From Marsupella aquatica (Eukaryota; Plantae; Marchantiophyta), in assembly GCA_973895155.1 (NCBI GenBank), contig OZ316899.1:16209974-16273973 (forward strand): a stretch of 64,000 bases of DNA, given 5' to 3'. The first letter of the stretch is position 1, and each line of letters opens with the position of its first letter. The translations under genes and the position numbers were made by a program. This document shows positions 1 through 13,537 of this stretch, one piece after another. Under the pieces are notes generated by a model. It searched no databases. It saw only the letters and a list, made by a program, of their open reading frames with translations, and was not told where the DNA came from.

Positions 1-1398
1 CAAACGCCTCCACGGAATACCTTGAGCAAGCAACTTAGTGCCCCTTGCATTGCCCGCGGCCCCTTCCATACGAAGCCGCACTTGCTTTCCAACACAACCG
101 CTACTCAACGGTCCTCACTATCTGCACAAGCAACCAAGCACCTTGGTAAGAAACCCTTCAGGATCTAGAACTTGCCAAGTCTAGCATCCTAACTCAAGCT
201 CAACAGACATTGGTAAATAGGTCAGCAATAGGTCCTCCCAATGCCATAAGCCAGATTCAGAACCCACGCCCACTGTTCCTCCAAAACAGCTCCTTCCTTG
301 GGTGCGGCTTGGGTTCCCCTTCGTACCTACCCATCACAAACTCGCCGCCCTGACCCCAGGACATGCTCATGGCCCAAGTAGCGTAGCTTGTCCTAAAGCT
401 TGTCCCAACATGCCGGGACCATAATGGCCCCGACTCTAGCAACCAACTCCCAATTTGCCTCACTGATGGTCTAGGGGCCGAACACTCTTGGAACTCAACC
501 TCCACACCTACTTGGGCTTGCCTCCCCAACGCAAGCTCCCTTGGGAGACTGAACGCGGCTTGGCTGTTGTTCGATAGGATTTGGCAAGCGGGCGAGTGAA
601 CATGCGCAAAAACCAAGAACCCATGGCACCCCAAGACCCAGATGAGCTCTAAAGGACGTAGCCCTCCTCGAGAGCTTTCCAACGCACCCAAGAAGTCCTC
701 CAACAGACTTCCCGTTGGGAAGATATCGCCATTTCTGTTTGGCGCTTTCCCTTCGTGTCGCGACCGCCGCGGCTCACAACTTTGGTTCGCCCTTGGCCTC
801 TAGGGAGATACCACTCCCCTCATATATGCCAGTTGATGGCGCGCCCAATATGCCCCTAAACTCCAACTCGGATCCTATCGCGCATACTGGGCGCGCCATC
901 AATTGGCAACGCCCATAACTTTCTCGTTAGGCATCCACAAGCGGAGTGCCTTAGCCCGTTGTGATCAGGCCAACCCAGTGCTCATGCCTAGGCTCTCAGG
1001 TCTCATCGCCGCTCGGGGTCCCCGATCGGCCAAACCCGGATCAGGCCATAACTCACGCCCCAAGCATCCGTTGCCGATGGCGTCAACTCCATTGGCCTTG
1101 GGCCCAAGAGGAGCTCACACTCAAGCCCTCATAACTTAAAGTTTGTCCGAGGCCCAAATGGTTGACCTTGAGTCCGGCCCCTTTCCCCTTGATCCGACCA
1201 GCTCTTAGCTTGCCTAAGTCCTTAGTGTGTGTCACCAGCTTGGCTCCTTGCCTTTGCTAGTGCCACGTCTCATTTCCCACAAGTCTCCCCATGCTAAGTC
1301 CTCCCCGGATGGCCTATCCGGGCCTGGACCATAAGGGAGCTCAGCGTCAGAGTTAGCAACGCCGGAGCTAAGTGTTAAGGTAATCGAGTTCCGTGACT
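1..1398 (-). repeat. 3' LTR of chromoviral Ty3/Gypsy family B (cut by window edge)
   Basis: Reverse complement of the repeat at 4118-5583. It begins AGTCACGG on the minus strand just after the polypurine tract AAGGGGGGG (1403-1411). Confidence 0.9.
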
Positions 1399-1836
1399 TG
1401 CACCCCCCCTTAAAAATGGTCACGTCCGCGTGACCTTAGTAAACGTTCCACCACGCCTAGACCACTTTAGGTCTTAAAATTTTTATGAGGTAACAAATCG
1501 TTTGCCCATAAGGCTGATGCAAACCAGGTTGGTGTGCGCATTCCAGACTTAGGAAATTCCAACCTATCCGACTTATCCAAGTAGGATGCTAGTCCAAGCG
1601 GGTAAGCTAACTCCAAACTTGTCGGACCCATTGTCCTTGCCTTGGGGTACTCCCCTTTGGTTTGAACCAGCTTGCTCACAGATGTAAGGCGGACACCATC
1701 AACTTCCACTCGCAAAAAGCAAATTGGCCGCCCAACAACCTCTAGCACCAACGCAATCCAACTTTATCCTTAAGAGGCCGAGAGGAGTGAAACTAGGATA
1801 CAACTCACAAAGGTAGTTATAGTTGCCTATACCAGT

Positions 1837-4112
1837 TCACAATGGCGGTAGGCCGCTTTGCTTATGATAGCTTCCAAGGATCTCTGAGGCATTACCCAAA
1901 TTTTCTTTCGGTTCCCAAGTACTCTCGGCCTGATCATAGCCAGCCCACTTCACAAAATACTCCAAGATTTGCCTTCCCAACTTGCGTTTGTAACGGTGGT
2001 CCAAAATTGCCTCCACCTCAAACTCCTCCACGTCCTCCACCAGCATGGCGTCAGGACGCAAGACCTGATCCCGGTTGGGATCATTGTCTTTGACAAATTT
2101 CTTGAGTCGGCTAACATGGTATTGCCCACGCCCATTTCCTTGGGTGTCTCCAACACCACCGAAACTGGATTATCCTTGTGGGCCCATTGTATGATGCAAT
2201 AGGGCCCCGCATATCTAGGAGCCAACTTCCTACTTATGTTCCCGTGGTATTGCTTAGTTCTCAACTACAACCAGATGCTCTCCCCAATTTCAAAGCTTAC
2301 CTGGCGTCGATGTTTATCCCCTTGCTCCTTGTACCAACTTTGGGCAAGGGTCATGCCCTTGGTAGCCGCTTCCACAACTAGGTGTCGGTCTCAAATAAAA
2401 TTGTCCGCAGAAGGAACCTTGCTTTCCATCCGCCAAGTTGTGGGATTTATGAACCAAGAGGGCACCCTTGGCGTCCTCCCTATGGCCAACACAAACGACG
2501 CAACCCCGTTGCCGAATGCTTGGTCGAGTTATACCTAAACTTGGCCATTGTTAAGTGCTTTGCCCAATCCTTTTGATTGGCCATCACAAAGTGACGCAAG
2601 TAGTCCTGCACAATACCATTCACCCGTTCCGTTTGGCCATCTGTCTTGTGATGATACGTTGACCCCCTAGTAAGGTTTGTTCCAGATAAACGGAACAACG
2701 CCTTCCAAAATGGCCCGTGAACTTGGTATTGCGGTCGAACAGGATGCGCAATGGTAATCCCCACTGTCGAAAGACATTGTCAAACACTAGACCGACAATC
2801 TCTTGGGCCGAAACCATTTTGTAGTCAGTAAGAAATACGCCATCTTGGAAAAACAATCCACGATTGTTAAGATGGAGTTACTGCCATGGGACTCAGGTAA
2901 CCCAACAATGAAGTCCATGGAGATGGACTCCCATGGAGCCGCAACCACTGGTAAGGGTTACAGAAGTCCTCCTTTTGCCCTATAGACCGTTTGGTTTTTT
3001 TAGCACGAGTAACAACTTTGCACTGGCGAAGGACCGATCGCTTCATGTCCGACCAATACACATCTTGCAACATGCTACGATACATAGCAACTTGTCCGCC
3101 ATGCTCTCCCCAGGGCGAGTTGTGGTACTTTTGTGGAACCTCTAATCTTAGGGACTCTGGGATGTACACACGCCTCTGCTTGTATCGCCATAATTGGACA
3201 TTATGCGAGGTATCCAACCCCAACAAAACGTGCCTTACCTTGCCTTGGCTACCCCCATTGCTTTGCCATTCCTTAGCTAACCTGTCATCCCCATACGCTG
3301 CGGCCAGAAACTTTGGCCACTTGGATTCAAGCGTCATGATCCCATTGACACGATGATGGTCTTTACGCAATAATGCGTCAGCTGCCGTTTTTGTCTTCCC
3401 CGGAACGTGATGAACTTCAAAATTGAAATCCGCCAAGAACATCTGCTAGTGCATTTCCTTGGGGTTCAGCCTTGGCTTACAACTGAAGTACCCGGTCGAC
3501 GAGCTATCTGTGTGGGGTATAGCAACGGAGACAGGAAATAGGTAAACAGGAAATTTTTTTCCTGTTTTTAATATGCTATTACCAGGAAAAAATCACTGTT
3601 ACCAGGAAAAATGACAATTTAAAAATGTCTCCTAAAACATGTTATTTCCAAAAAAAATTAACAATGCAACATTTTTGGCTAGCTTTGGGCGCTAGCAAAA
3701 AAAACAGGTCGACCAAAAAAAAACTTTGTTTTTTCTCAAAAAAATTTTTTTTAAAAAAAAACAAATTTTTTTAAAAAAAAATTCCACCCATTTTCCTGTT
3801 ACCAGTTTTTTTTCCTGTTACCAGTTTCTGTTATTAAATCCTGTTTCCTGTTTGCTGTCTTTTGTAAACATCTCTCTGTGTGTATTACCACTTTGGGACC
3901 GTTCTTAACGTAAATCTCCCACTTCTTCAATGCATAGATCATTGCATACATTTCCCTTTCCGGTGTGATCCAATGATTTTCCAACTTACATGACTCAAAG
4001 GCCAGAGGACGCCCATCTTGGTGAAGATAGGCGCCAATGGCATAATCACTTGCGTCTATTCAAATCTTAAACGACTTCCCCATCTCAGGTAACTTTAGAC
4101 CCGGCGGCGTTA
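1837..4112 (-). pseudogene. Degenerate chromovirus pol: RNase H, integrase, group I chromodomain
   Basis: Frameshifted ORF pieces EREMYAMIYALKKW (RNase H), H..PWGEHGGQ (integrase Zn finger), HHKTDGQTERVN (integrase core), LAPRYAGPY, and EEFEVEAILDH...YFVKWAGYDQAESTWEP (chromodomain). RT core absent. Confidence 0.92.
3515..3874. mobile_element. AT-rich MITE with 8-bp TSD (hAT- or MULE-type) inserted in RNase H
   Basis: TCTGTGTG duplicated at 3507-3514 and 3875-3882. Imperfect TIRs GGGTATAGCAACGGAGACAGGAAA / CCTGTTTGCTGTCTTTTGTAAACATCTC. The empty site is visible in the paralogous pol copy near 7955-7975. Confidence 0.8.
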
Positions 4113-4117
4113 TCATT

Positions 4118-5583
4118 AGTCGCGGAACTTGACTACCTTAACCCTTAGCTCCGGCGTCGCTGACTCCGATGCCAAGCTGCCTTATGGTCCAGGCCCGGAT
4201 AGGCCATCCGAGGAGGACTTAGCATGGGGAGACTTGTGGGCAACGAGACGTGGCGCTGGCGAAGGCAAGGAGCCAAGCTGGTGACACACACTAAGGACTT
4301 GGACTAGTTGAGAGCTGGTCGGGTCAAGGGGAAATGGGCCTGGCTCAAGAATGACCTTCCGGACCTCCGGATGGACTTTGAGTTCTGAGGGCTTGATTGT
4401 GAGCTCCTCTTCGGCCCAAGGCCCGTGGAGTTGACATCATGGGCAACGGGCGCTTAGGGCGCAAGTTATGGCCCGATCCGGGTTGGGCCAATCGGGGGCC
4501 CTGAGCGGCAATGAGACCTGAGGACATAGGCATGAGCACTGGGTCAGCCCAATCACAACGGGCTAAGGCACTCCGCTTGCGGATGCCTAACAAGAAAGTT
4601 ATGGGCGTTGCTAGTTGGTGGCGTGCCCATTATGCGTGATAGGATCCGGATTGGGGGCCAAATGTTTAGGGACCAAAGCTGGTCCGGGGGTGGCAGGTCT
4701 CCAGAAGCATATATGAGGGGAGTGGTGTCTTCCTAGGGGCTAAGGGCGAGCCAAAGCCGCGGCGGTCGCGACACTAAGGGAAACCGCCAAACGGAAATGA
4801 TGATATCTTCCCATTGGAGGACTTTTGGGGTGCGTTGAAAATCTCTCAACAAGGGTTACGCCCTCCTGAGCTCAACTGGGTCTGGGGGAACCATGGATTC
4901 TTGGGGTTTGCGGGTGTTCACTCGCCCGCTTGCCAAATCCTACCGAACAACAGCCAAGTCACGTTCAGTCTCCCAAGGGAGATTGCCTTGGGGAGGCAAG
5001 GCCAAGTAGGTGTGGAGGTTGAGTTCCAAGAGTGTTTGGTCCCTAGACCATCAGTGAGGAAAATCGGGAGTTGGTTGCTAGAGTCGGGCCCATTATGGTC
5101 CCGACATGTTGGGACAAGCTTTAGGACAAGTTACGCTACTTGGGCCATGAGCATGTCCTGGGGTCAGGGCGGTCAGTTGGTGATGGGTAGGTACGAGAGG
5201 GAACCCGTGCCGCGCCCAAGGAAGGAGCTGTTCTAGAGGAACAATGGGCGTGGGTTCTGGTTTTGGCTTATGGCATCGGGAGGATCTATTGTTGACCTAT
5301 TTACCAATGTCTGTTGAGCTTGAGTTAGGATGCTAGACTTGGCAAGTTCTAGATCCTGAAGGGTTGCTTACCAAGGTGCTTGGTTGCTTGTGCAGACAGT
5401 GAGGACCGTTGAGTAGCGGTCGTGTTGAAGAGCAAGTGCGGCTTCGTATGGGAGGGGCCGCTGGTGGTGCAAGGGGCACTAGGGTGCTTGCTTGAGGTAT
5501 TTCATGGAGGCGTTTGGGCAACAGGGGCACTTAGGCGTGAGTGCTGGGATTGGTGAGGGCACTGGGTGGCTAGGTCCACCACT
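4118..5583 (+). mobile_element. Solo LTR of family B (1466 bp, AGT...ACT termini)
   Basis: Perfect TSD TCATT at 4113-4117 and 5584-5588. Homologous to 1-1398, 9976ff and 60183-61585. Confidence 0.9.
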
Positions 5584-5599
5584 TCATTCTTGGGAGAAA

Positions 5600-7750
5600 A
5601 AATTCTTTATAAATTGGGCCGCAAAAAACCCCGCGGCAAGGGCAAGCAATCAGCCAGAGAAAGCAGCAGCAGCGACAAGTAGACAACAACCATTACATAT
5701 CACGAGATATTACCCATCACATCAACCCACATAGGGGACACACCCTGGGGCCAGCCAAGTTGTCCAAGGAGGCCACTCCAAGACCAGCAAAGCGGAAATA
5801 CAATAGAGCCCATAGGGGCGGGATCTAATACGCCCTCAAAGGCCAGAGAGGCGGCCACAGCCCCGCTTGAGCCAATCCCTACGCTGAACATCAAGCCAAG
5901 CTTTGGCATTAAGCAGACAAGAGAGTTTCCTACCCTGAGGAGACCGGCGGCTCACAACATACAGGCGGTCAGCAGTCTCAAAAAGAACAAGTCCAAGATC
6001 AAATACCCTGCAACCCCCCATCTGGAACATATGCTTGTTCCGTGCCAACCAAAGCACCCATAAGACCTGGTAGAGAACAAACAACTTGGCTACCTGTATA
6101 AAGTCTTTCCCGTATGAAGCATCTAGCAGAGACATCAGCCCATGGCCAATTGGCAAACAGAGATCCCGCAGGTAGAGTCCACAGAGCCTCCAGCACTGGT
6201 CAGCAAAGCCACAGAGAAAGAAAAGGTGTGGAATTGTCTCCAACACACCGCTGCAAAGCTTGCAGTCACCATTGCTCACCTCCATGCGGAGTGCCCTTGC
6301 CCCAGTGAAGAGACCACCCGCAATAATCCGCCAGATGAAGGTCTTGCCTCTGGTTGACAGATCAAAGCCCTAGAGCTTGGCCCAGCCCAGGCTCCATTCA
6401 CTCTCAGTGTGATGAATAGACCAAGTGTGGTTAAGCCGACCACAAATGGAGGATTTGGGCCTCAAAAACTAGTATGCCCTGCAGTTTTCAATTTTGAAGT
6501 CCTTCAACACTTGTGCTCTGTTTGCCCATTGCCATTGTTTGGCGTAGAGAAAGTTGTCAAATCGGCAGTATGGCGAGCTCCATAAGATTTCCAGGAAGTC
6601 CTTTGCCAGCTTCCTGTGCTCCACTGTGAATCCCCGCATGTGTCGCCATCTCAGAGGGAGATCTTTCTAGCAACTATCCTCGGAAGACCAGCCATCCCCA
6701 ATGGACCTTAGGCCAAGTTTGCCACAGAAGGCCGGAACCCCAACAATATCCTCATTGGGAAGAGAGTTGAAACCAGCCATGCAACGGAGAGAGTCATTTA
6801 TACTCCATCGAGCAGGTGCTCCCAAGCATCCAGGCACAAAGGAAAGGTGAGCTCTTACTAGCTCCTAGCTCTTCCACAAACCACCTGTATAGGGTAGGCC
6901 ATCGAATGAGCAAGGGGTGCAAAGAAGAAGTTTATCTTGAAAAATGTAGCCATTACATCTAATGGCCTTGTAATTCAGCCATCCCATCAGTGACAGGTTG
7001 ACCTCAAGCATTCTTGCCCATTCAAGGTTAGGGGAGTTTAGAGCTTTGGTGAACCATTGGGATAGCAAGGCATTGGAGTGATTTTGAAAGTCTTTAAAGC
7101 CAAGACCCCCTTCAACTTTGGGGAGAGCAAGCGTGGCCCAGGCCACCAGAGCCACCTTCCTGCCCCCGCGGAGTTGTAACCCCACAGGAAATCTCTGCAA
7201 AGAGCAATCAGTTTCTTAGCCAGCCCGGCAGGTGCTTTAAGATACATGACATGATAGATAGGGATAGCTTGGAGGACATGTTTAACTGGTAACGTTCTGC
7301 CGGTAAAAGAAAGGAGCTTGTTCGACCAGGTCGAGCGTCTAGAACTGATCTTATCAAGGTAGAATTGATGCAGTTGCTCTGTAAGTAGGCCTACACCTAA
7401 GGGCGCCCTTAGGTATTTGTGCACCTCTCCCTTCTTACTTACAAGGCATCCAGTGTTTGAAAGCCACTCTGGGACCTCCTCCATCGCTAGAGGGATCACC
7501 ACCAATTTCTCTAAGTTAAGCCGCGCTCCCGATGCAGTCTCATAGCTCCCGATGCAGTCTCATAGCACCCCAGTGCCTTGGTGGCATCCCCAAATGCCTC
7601 CTCAAAGGCAGGAATGAACATTCGCACGTCGTCCACAAAAAGCCTGTAATGCATGGTGAGCGCCTCTGTAATTCTCAAGCCGCTGAGTTGCCCCGCATCC
7701 ATCTCAGCATCCAGAAAGCCCATTAGAGGCTGAGTGGAGATCACAAAGAG
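5600..7750 (-). mobile_element. 5'-truncated, degenerate L1-type LINE ORF2 (RT C-terminal half plus zf-RVT)
   Basis: RLFVDD (FADD motif), KYLRAPLG, WSNKLLSFTGRT..VKHVLQAIPIY, VAWATLALPKVEGGLGF, CKLCSGVLETIPHLFFLC..ADQCW. A 20-bp tandem duplication lies at about 7525-7565. Confidence 0.9.
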
Positions 7751-9537
7751 ACCTGAGATGGGGAAGCCGTTCGAGATTTGGACAGACACAAGTGATTACG
7801 CCATTGGCACTTGTCTTCACCAAGATGGGCGTCCTATGGCCTTTGAGTCATGTAAGTTGGAAAATCATTGGATCACAACAGAAAGGGAAATGTATGCAGT
7901 GATCTATGCGTTGAAGAACTGGGAGATTTACCTTAAATGGTCCCAAGGTGGTAATACACACAGATAGCTCGTCGGTCGGGTACTTCAATTCTAAGCCAAG
8001 GCTGAACCCCAAGGAAATGCGCTGGCAGATGTTCTTGGCGGATTTTGATTTCAAAGTCCGTCATGTTTCGGGGAAGACAAACATGGCAGCTGACGCGTTA
8101 TCGCGTAAGGACCATCATCGTGTAAATGGGATCACGATGCTCAAATCCGAGTGGCCAAAAGTTCTGTCCAAGGCTATGGGGATGACAGGTTAGCTAAGGA
8201 ATGACAAAGCAATGGGGGTAGCCAAGGCAAGGTAAGGCACGTTTTGTTGGGGTTGGATACCGTGCATAATGTCCAAGTGTGGCAATACAAGCAGAGGCGT
8301 GTGTACATCCTAGAGTCCCTAAGATTAGAGGTTCTGCAAAAGTACCACGACTTGCCCTGGGGAGGGCATGGCGGACAAGCTGCTATGTATCGCAGCATGT
8401 TGCGAGATGTGTATTGGCCGGACATGAAGTGATCGGTCCTTTGACACGTGCAAAGTTGTTACTCGTGCCAAAATAACCGAACGGTCTATAGGGCAAAAGG
8501 AGGACTTTTGCAACCCTTACTAGTAGTTGCGGCTCTATGGGAGTGTCTATCTCCATGGACTTCATTGTTGGGTTACCTAAGTCTCACAGCAGTAACTCCA
8601 TCTTAACAATTGTGGATCTTTTTTCCAAGAGGACATATTTCTTGCCTACTACAAAAATAGTTTTGGCTCGAGAGGTTGCCGGTCTAGTGTTTGACAATGT
8701 CTTCCAACAGTGGGGATTGCCGTTGCATATCCTGTCCAACTGCGATACCAAGTTCACGGGCCATTTCTGGAAGGCATTGTTTCGGTTATCCGGAACGGAT
8801 CTTACTAGGGGATCAGCGTATCATCACAAGACAAATGGCCAAATGGAATAGGTGAATGGTATCGTGGAGGACTACTTGCGTCACTTTATGACGGCCAATC
8901 AAAAGGATTGGGCAAAGCACTTAACAATGCCCGAGTTTAGGTATAACTTGACCAAGCATCGGCAACAGAGTTTGTGTTGTTTGTGTTGGCCACATGGAGG
9001 ACACCAAGGGGGCCCTCCTGGTTCATAAATTTGGAGGCTTTGCGGACGGAAAGCAAGGTTCCTTCTGCGGACAATTTTATTTGAGAGCGGCGCCTAGTTG
9101 TGGAAGCGGCTACCAAGGGTATGACCCTTGCCCAAAGTTGGTACAAGGAGCAAGGGGGTAAACATCAACGCCAGGTAAGCTTTGAAATTGGGGAGAGTGT
9201 CTGCTTGCAGTTCAGACCTGAGCAATACCATGGGAACATAAGTAGGAAGCTGGCTCCCAGATTGCTTCATATGATGGGCCCACAAGGATAATCCGGTTTT
9301 GGTGGTGTTGGAGACACCCAAGGGAATGGGCATGGGTAAAAGCTACCATGTTAGTCGACTCAAGAAATTTTTGCCCACCGTTACAAACATAAGCTGGGAA
9401 GGAAAATCTTAGAGTATTTGGTGAAGTGAGCTGGCTAGGATCAGGCCAAGAGTACTTGGGAACCGGAAGAAAATTTGGGTAATAACTCAGAGATCCTTGG
9501 AAGCTATCTTAAGCAAAGCGGCCTACCGCCGTTGTGA
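7751..9537 (+). pseudogene. Second degenerate chromovirus pol copy (RNase H, integrase, chromodomain), inverted relative to 1837-4112
   Basis: FEIWTDTSDYAIG, EREMYAVIYALK, NMAADALSR, ISMDFIVGLPKS and a chromodomain remnant, followed by the 3' region and PPT AAGGGGGGG (9963-9971). Confidence 0.9.
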
Positions 9538-10484
9538 ACTGGTACAGGCAATTGTAGCTACCTTTGTGAGTTGTATCCTAGTTTCACTCCTCTCGGGCTC
9601 TTAAGGATAAAGTCAGATTGCGTTGGTGCTAGAGGTTGTTGGGCAGCCAATTTGCTTTTTGCAAGTGGAAGTTGATGGTGTCCGCCTTACATCTGTGAGC
9701 AAGCTGGTTCAAACCAAAGGGGAGTACCCCAAGGCAAGGACAATGGGTCCGACAAGTTTGGAGTTAGCTTACCCGCTTGGACTGGCATCCTACTTGGATA
9801 AGTCAGATAGGTTGGAATTTCCTAAGTCTGGAATGCGCACACCAACCTGGTTTGCATCAGCCTTATGGGCAAACAATTTGTTACCTCATAAAAATTTTAA
9901 GACCTAAAGTGGTCTAGGCGTGGTGGAACATTTACTAAGGTCACGCGGACGTGACCATTTTTAAGGGGGGGTGCAAGTCGCGAAACTCGACTACCTTAAC
10001 ACTTAGCTCCGGCGTCGCTGACTCCAACGCCGAGCTCCCTTACGGTTCAGGCCCGGATAGGCCATCCTGGGAGGACTTAGCATGGGGAGACTAGTGGGCA
10101 ATGAGACGTGGCACTAGCAAAGGCAAGGAGCCAAGCTGGTGACACACACTAAGGACTTAGGCAAGCTGAGAGCTGGTTGGATCAAGGAGAAAGGGGCTTG
10201 ACTCAAGGTCGACCGTTCAGGCCCTCGGATGGACTTTGAGTTATGAGGGCTTGAGTGTGAGCTCCTCTTGGGCCCAAGGCCAATGGAGTTGACGCCATGG
10301 GCAACAGACGTTTGGGGCGTGAGTTAGGGCCCAATCCGGGTTTGGCCCATCGGGGACCCCGAGCAGCAATGAGGCTTGAGGGCCTAGGCATGAGCACCGG
10401 GTCGGCCCGATCACAATGGGCTAAGGCACTCCGCTTGCGGACGCCTAACGAGAAAGTTATGGGCGTTGCCAGGTTGTGGCACGC

Positions 10485-11313
10485 TGTCGCAAGGACTTAA
10501 AGTTAGGGGCTCCTCGGGCAAACTACGCATTTCTGGCTGCGATCGAGATAGGTGACAAGCACTTTTCGGAGAAAACTCTCACTCCTTTATATTTTTTACT
10601 TTTCTCACAAGGTTACAATAGGTGCCCTCGAGTAAGCTTGCCCGCAAGAGTCTGGTAGCTGGCCCTACGGCGGGCCGCTACCTCTAACTTGTCGAGTAGA
10701 ACTCCTTGAGTGACTAACTACTCAAAATCTGATAGAAAAACTATCCTCCTTAGCTCACAAAACCAAAAACTCGACTAGCTACTCCACTAGTCTAAAACAA
10801 CTCGCACGGAACTCGGGCCTGGACCAACAAGGCTCCAAACTCGAGAAATCCTTGCCTGGATCGACAAGACTCCAAACTTGAGAAATCCCCGCCTGGATCA
10901 ACGAGACTCCAGACTCGAGAAATTCCCCGCCTGGATCAAAAACTCACTAAGAACTCCAAAACCGCCGCACAACAGTCGAGTTCTGCAGAACGGAGCAGAA
11001 CTCACAGAACGCAACTCAACAGATCTCAATAGACAACCGCCAACCTCAATGAGCCGAGGCTCAAGTCTTAAGTAGCATCGAAAACCCAACCACCCAGCCT
11101 GAGCCAACTGCCAGCAGCGAGGCTCATCCAAACTCCAAGCCTGGTGACTCACCCAAACACCAAACCCGGTGACGACGAGTCACCCAATCACCAAACCTCA
11201 ATCCAACCAACCAAGCAGCCCCTCCGAGTCAGCATGCACGCAACCCAACCGGGAGGCCTCGCCCATCATCCCCTATAAAAGCCATTCCTGAGCCGAAATC
11301 TTTCGGCACGACA
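10485..11313 (-). repeat. 3' LTR of element A
   Basis: About 96% identical by eye to 22194-23022. Preceded on the minus strand by PPT AGGGGGAGGA (11314-11323). Three ~37-bp internal tandem repeats at about 10833-10940. Confidence 0.93.
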
Positions 11314-13537
11314 TCCTCCCCCTGTAAACCTGAGCAGCCTCCGGTCTGCTCCAATCGATCAGATTTCCTCTAAGTTTGAGTCCAAACTTGACCCATGCGC
11401 CTAGACCACTTCCTCCTGTGGTGCGTCCCATGGCTCCCTAAACCCAAGAAACCCCCCAGCTCAAGCTGATTCCCGCAGGTTTCGCGCTTGGCGAGGCCGT
11501 TTCCGCGGCTTAGCGGCATGGGACGTTGCTAACCTTCTACTATTACTATTAAGATTTTACACACATATACTGGACAGATCCTTCATCGGGTCATGAGATA
11601 CGTAGCCGGCCTAATCTAGGCCTTCCCTCGTCTTCCCCTCCGTCTTGTTAGGTATGTTTGGATTCCGCCGCCGGAATGATCCCCAATAGGCTTGGTTAAG
11701 CCGCTAAGACCTCTCTCAGCTCGACACATCCAACTCTCACCCCCCTGCTTACTTTCCTTCCTTCTGGTTGATGTGGGCACTCTTCACACAAGTTAATGCG
11801 ACACACAAATAGCAAAATGACTCATTCTGACTGAGTCATACCATGCACTTGCCATACAAATAGTACATCTCATACACAAGCTCTGCGAACTAAGCCGTGA
11901 GGCCAACTCTATTCAGCTCTTAGGCATGAGGAAACATGAATATACACAAGGGTCTGTATGACTAACCGAGAGCTTCTCTTACTACTTGATCCCAGCCCGG
12001 CTGGTGCAAACTAAAAACTTGCTAAAGAAGAGGCCCTGAGCTCCCCGCTGCCCAGGTACTTATCCTGGTAGTGGATCCGCCTAATTCTTTGCAGCGTAAG
12101 CCTAATCTACCTAACAATAATCTACTTGCCCGGATCTACCTATGTACAGCAAGGCAGGAGCACAAGTGTTGCTCCTACCAGTGGAACCGCAATCCCACTA
12201 AGCTAAGTGTCAGGGCCGCTCCTGGTCCTGATCCTAATCCTAAACTTGGAGATCAGCGCCCGCCCTGCCCACTCACGCCTCCTCCCTCCATGTCCGCCCT
12301 TCCTAAAAGGAACGACGCCCTTGCACCGTCACGACACCGGTGGTGGATCCTCAATGGACACCCCCAACGCTTCCTCCTCAGCCACTGTCGTAGGTTCGTT
12401 TTCTGACAGATTACCTGCCCTTGACTGAGTCAACTCTCCATCGGCCTGACTGGGTCCACCATCGGCGTCGGCATCGGCTCAAGAATCATTCTCGGCTACG
12501 GCCTCAGCCTCGGCTATGGTCTCCCCGGCCTGCTCAAGAGGCGGATCTGGGATACCGGCCTCATTACTGAGTAGTTCGGCTTGGGCCGCACCACCCCCAC
12601 CTGTGATGATAGCGGGATCTATTGCCGTATTCATGCCGGAGGATGGTGCTGGGTCTACCTCCTTGGTCACCACGGCTTGTGGAGTCGGATTACTCCTTGA
12701 CCTTGAAGGTTTCCACTTCTTCTTCTTTTCTGGTTCGGCAGCTGGTCCCTTCCCCTTCCCACTTACTTCCGGCATTGGTGCAGGTGGCGCGGCTTTTTCT
12801 TCGGCCAGTACCACTCCTGGTAACTTGGTTGCCCCAATTGGAGTTGGGCCTGATGAAGACAAGCACTTAAATACTGCGGCTTGTTTCTTCAGCCGCTCCG
12901 TTTGGTTGTCGGCCCGCCGTTGGAGGTTCTCCATCTTCCTCGTGATTTCCTCCAACTCCTCCTGGGTCTCATCCAGGTCCTTGCGCGCCTCCTCTAGTTC
13001 CTTCTGGGCTTCCTCCCGTTCTTTTTTCAAGGTAGTCCTCTCCTCCCGGGTTGCTCTTAGCTCCTTGTCGAGCTCTGCAATGATGACAGACTCCATCTGG
13101 TTCATCTTGGCGTAAGTCTGATCGAGCATCTCGTCCTTCTCCCTTAGGTCGGCCTTGAAGCTGGCCGTCAGGGACGCAAGCTCCTGCTGCAGCGCCATAA
13201 TCCCTTGATAGGATTTTCCTAACTCGGCCTCCTTCTGCTCAAGGGCTTCGCGAATTTTCTTGAGCTCCCCCTTCAACGCCCATTCCTTTCTTTGGGTCTC
13301 CGCCATGGCCCGGCTGTTGGCTGTTATGTGGGCCTCCTCTGTATTCCTCAGCTCTCGCTTCCACTTCTCCCTCTCTTTGATCGTATCGGCCAACTCTCCC
13401 TGTGTCTGAGTCAGTTTATCCTTGATATTCTGATTATCAGCCTGCGCGGTGTCCAACTACCCCTGCATGATGTTCAGCTCATGCCGTTTAATCCGCAGTT
13501 CATCTTGGGCTTTCTTGGCCGCCCTTAGATCTTCAAT

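Noticed and set aside
4814-5236. 140-aa ORF in the B LTR as a real gene (including a cytosine methyltransferase relic)
   Set aside because: TTG start, broken in the copies near 36200 and 61000, and no recognisable methyltransferase or other motifs.
7511-7789. Single RT ORF MSVQISNGFP...
   Set aside because: Chimeric across the LINE/chromovirus junction at about 7750.
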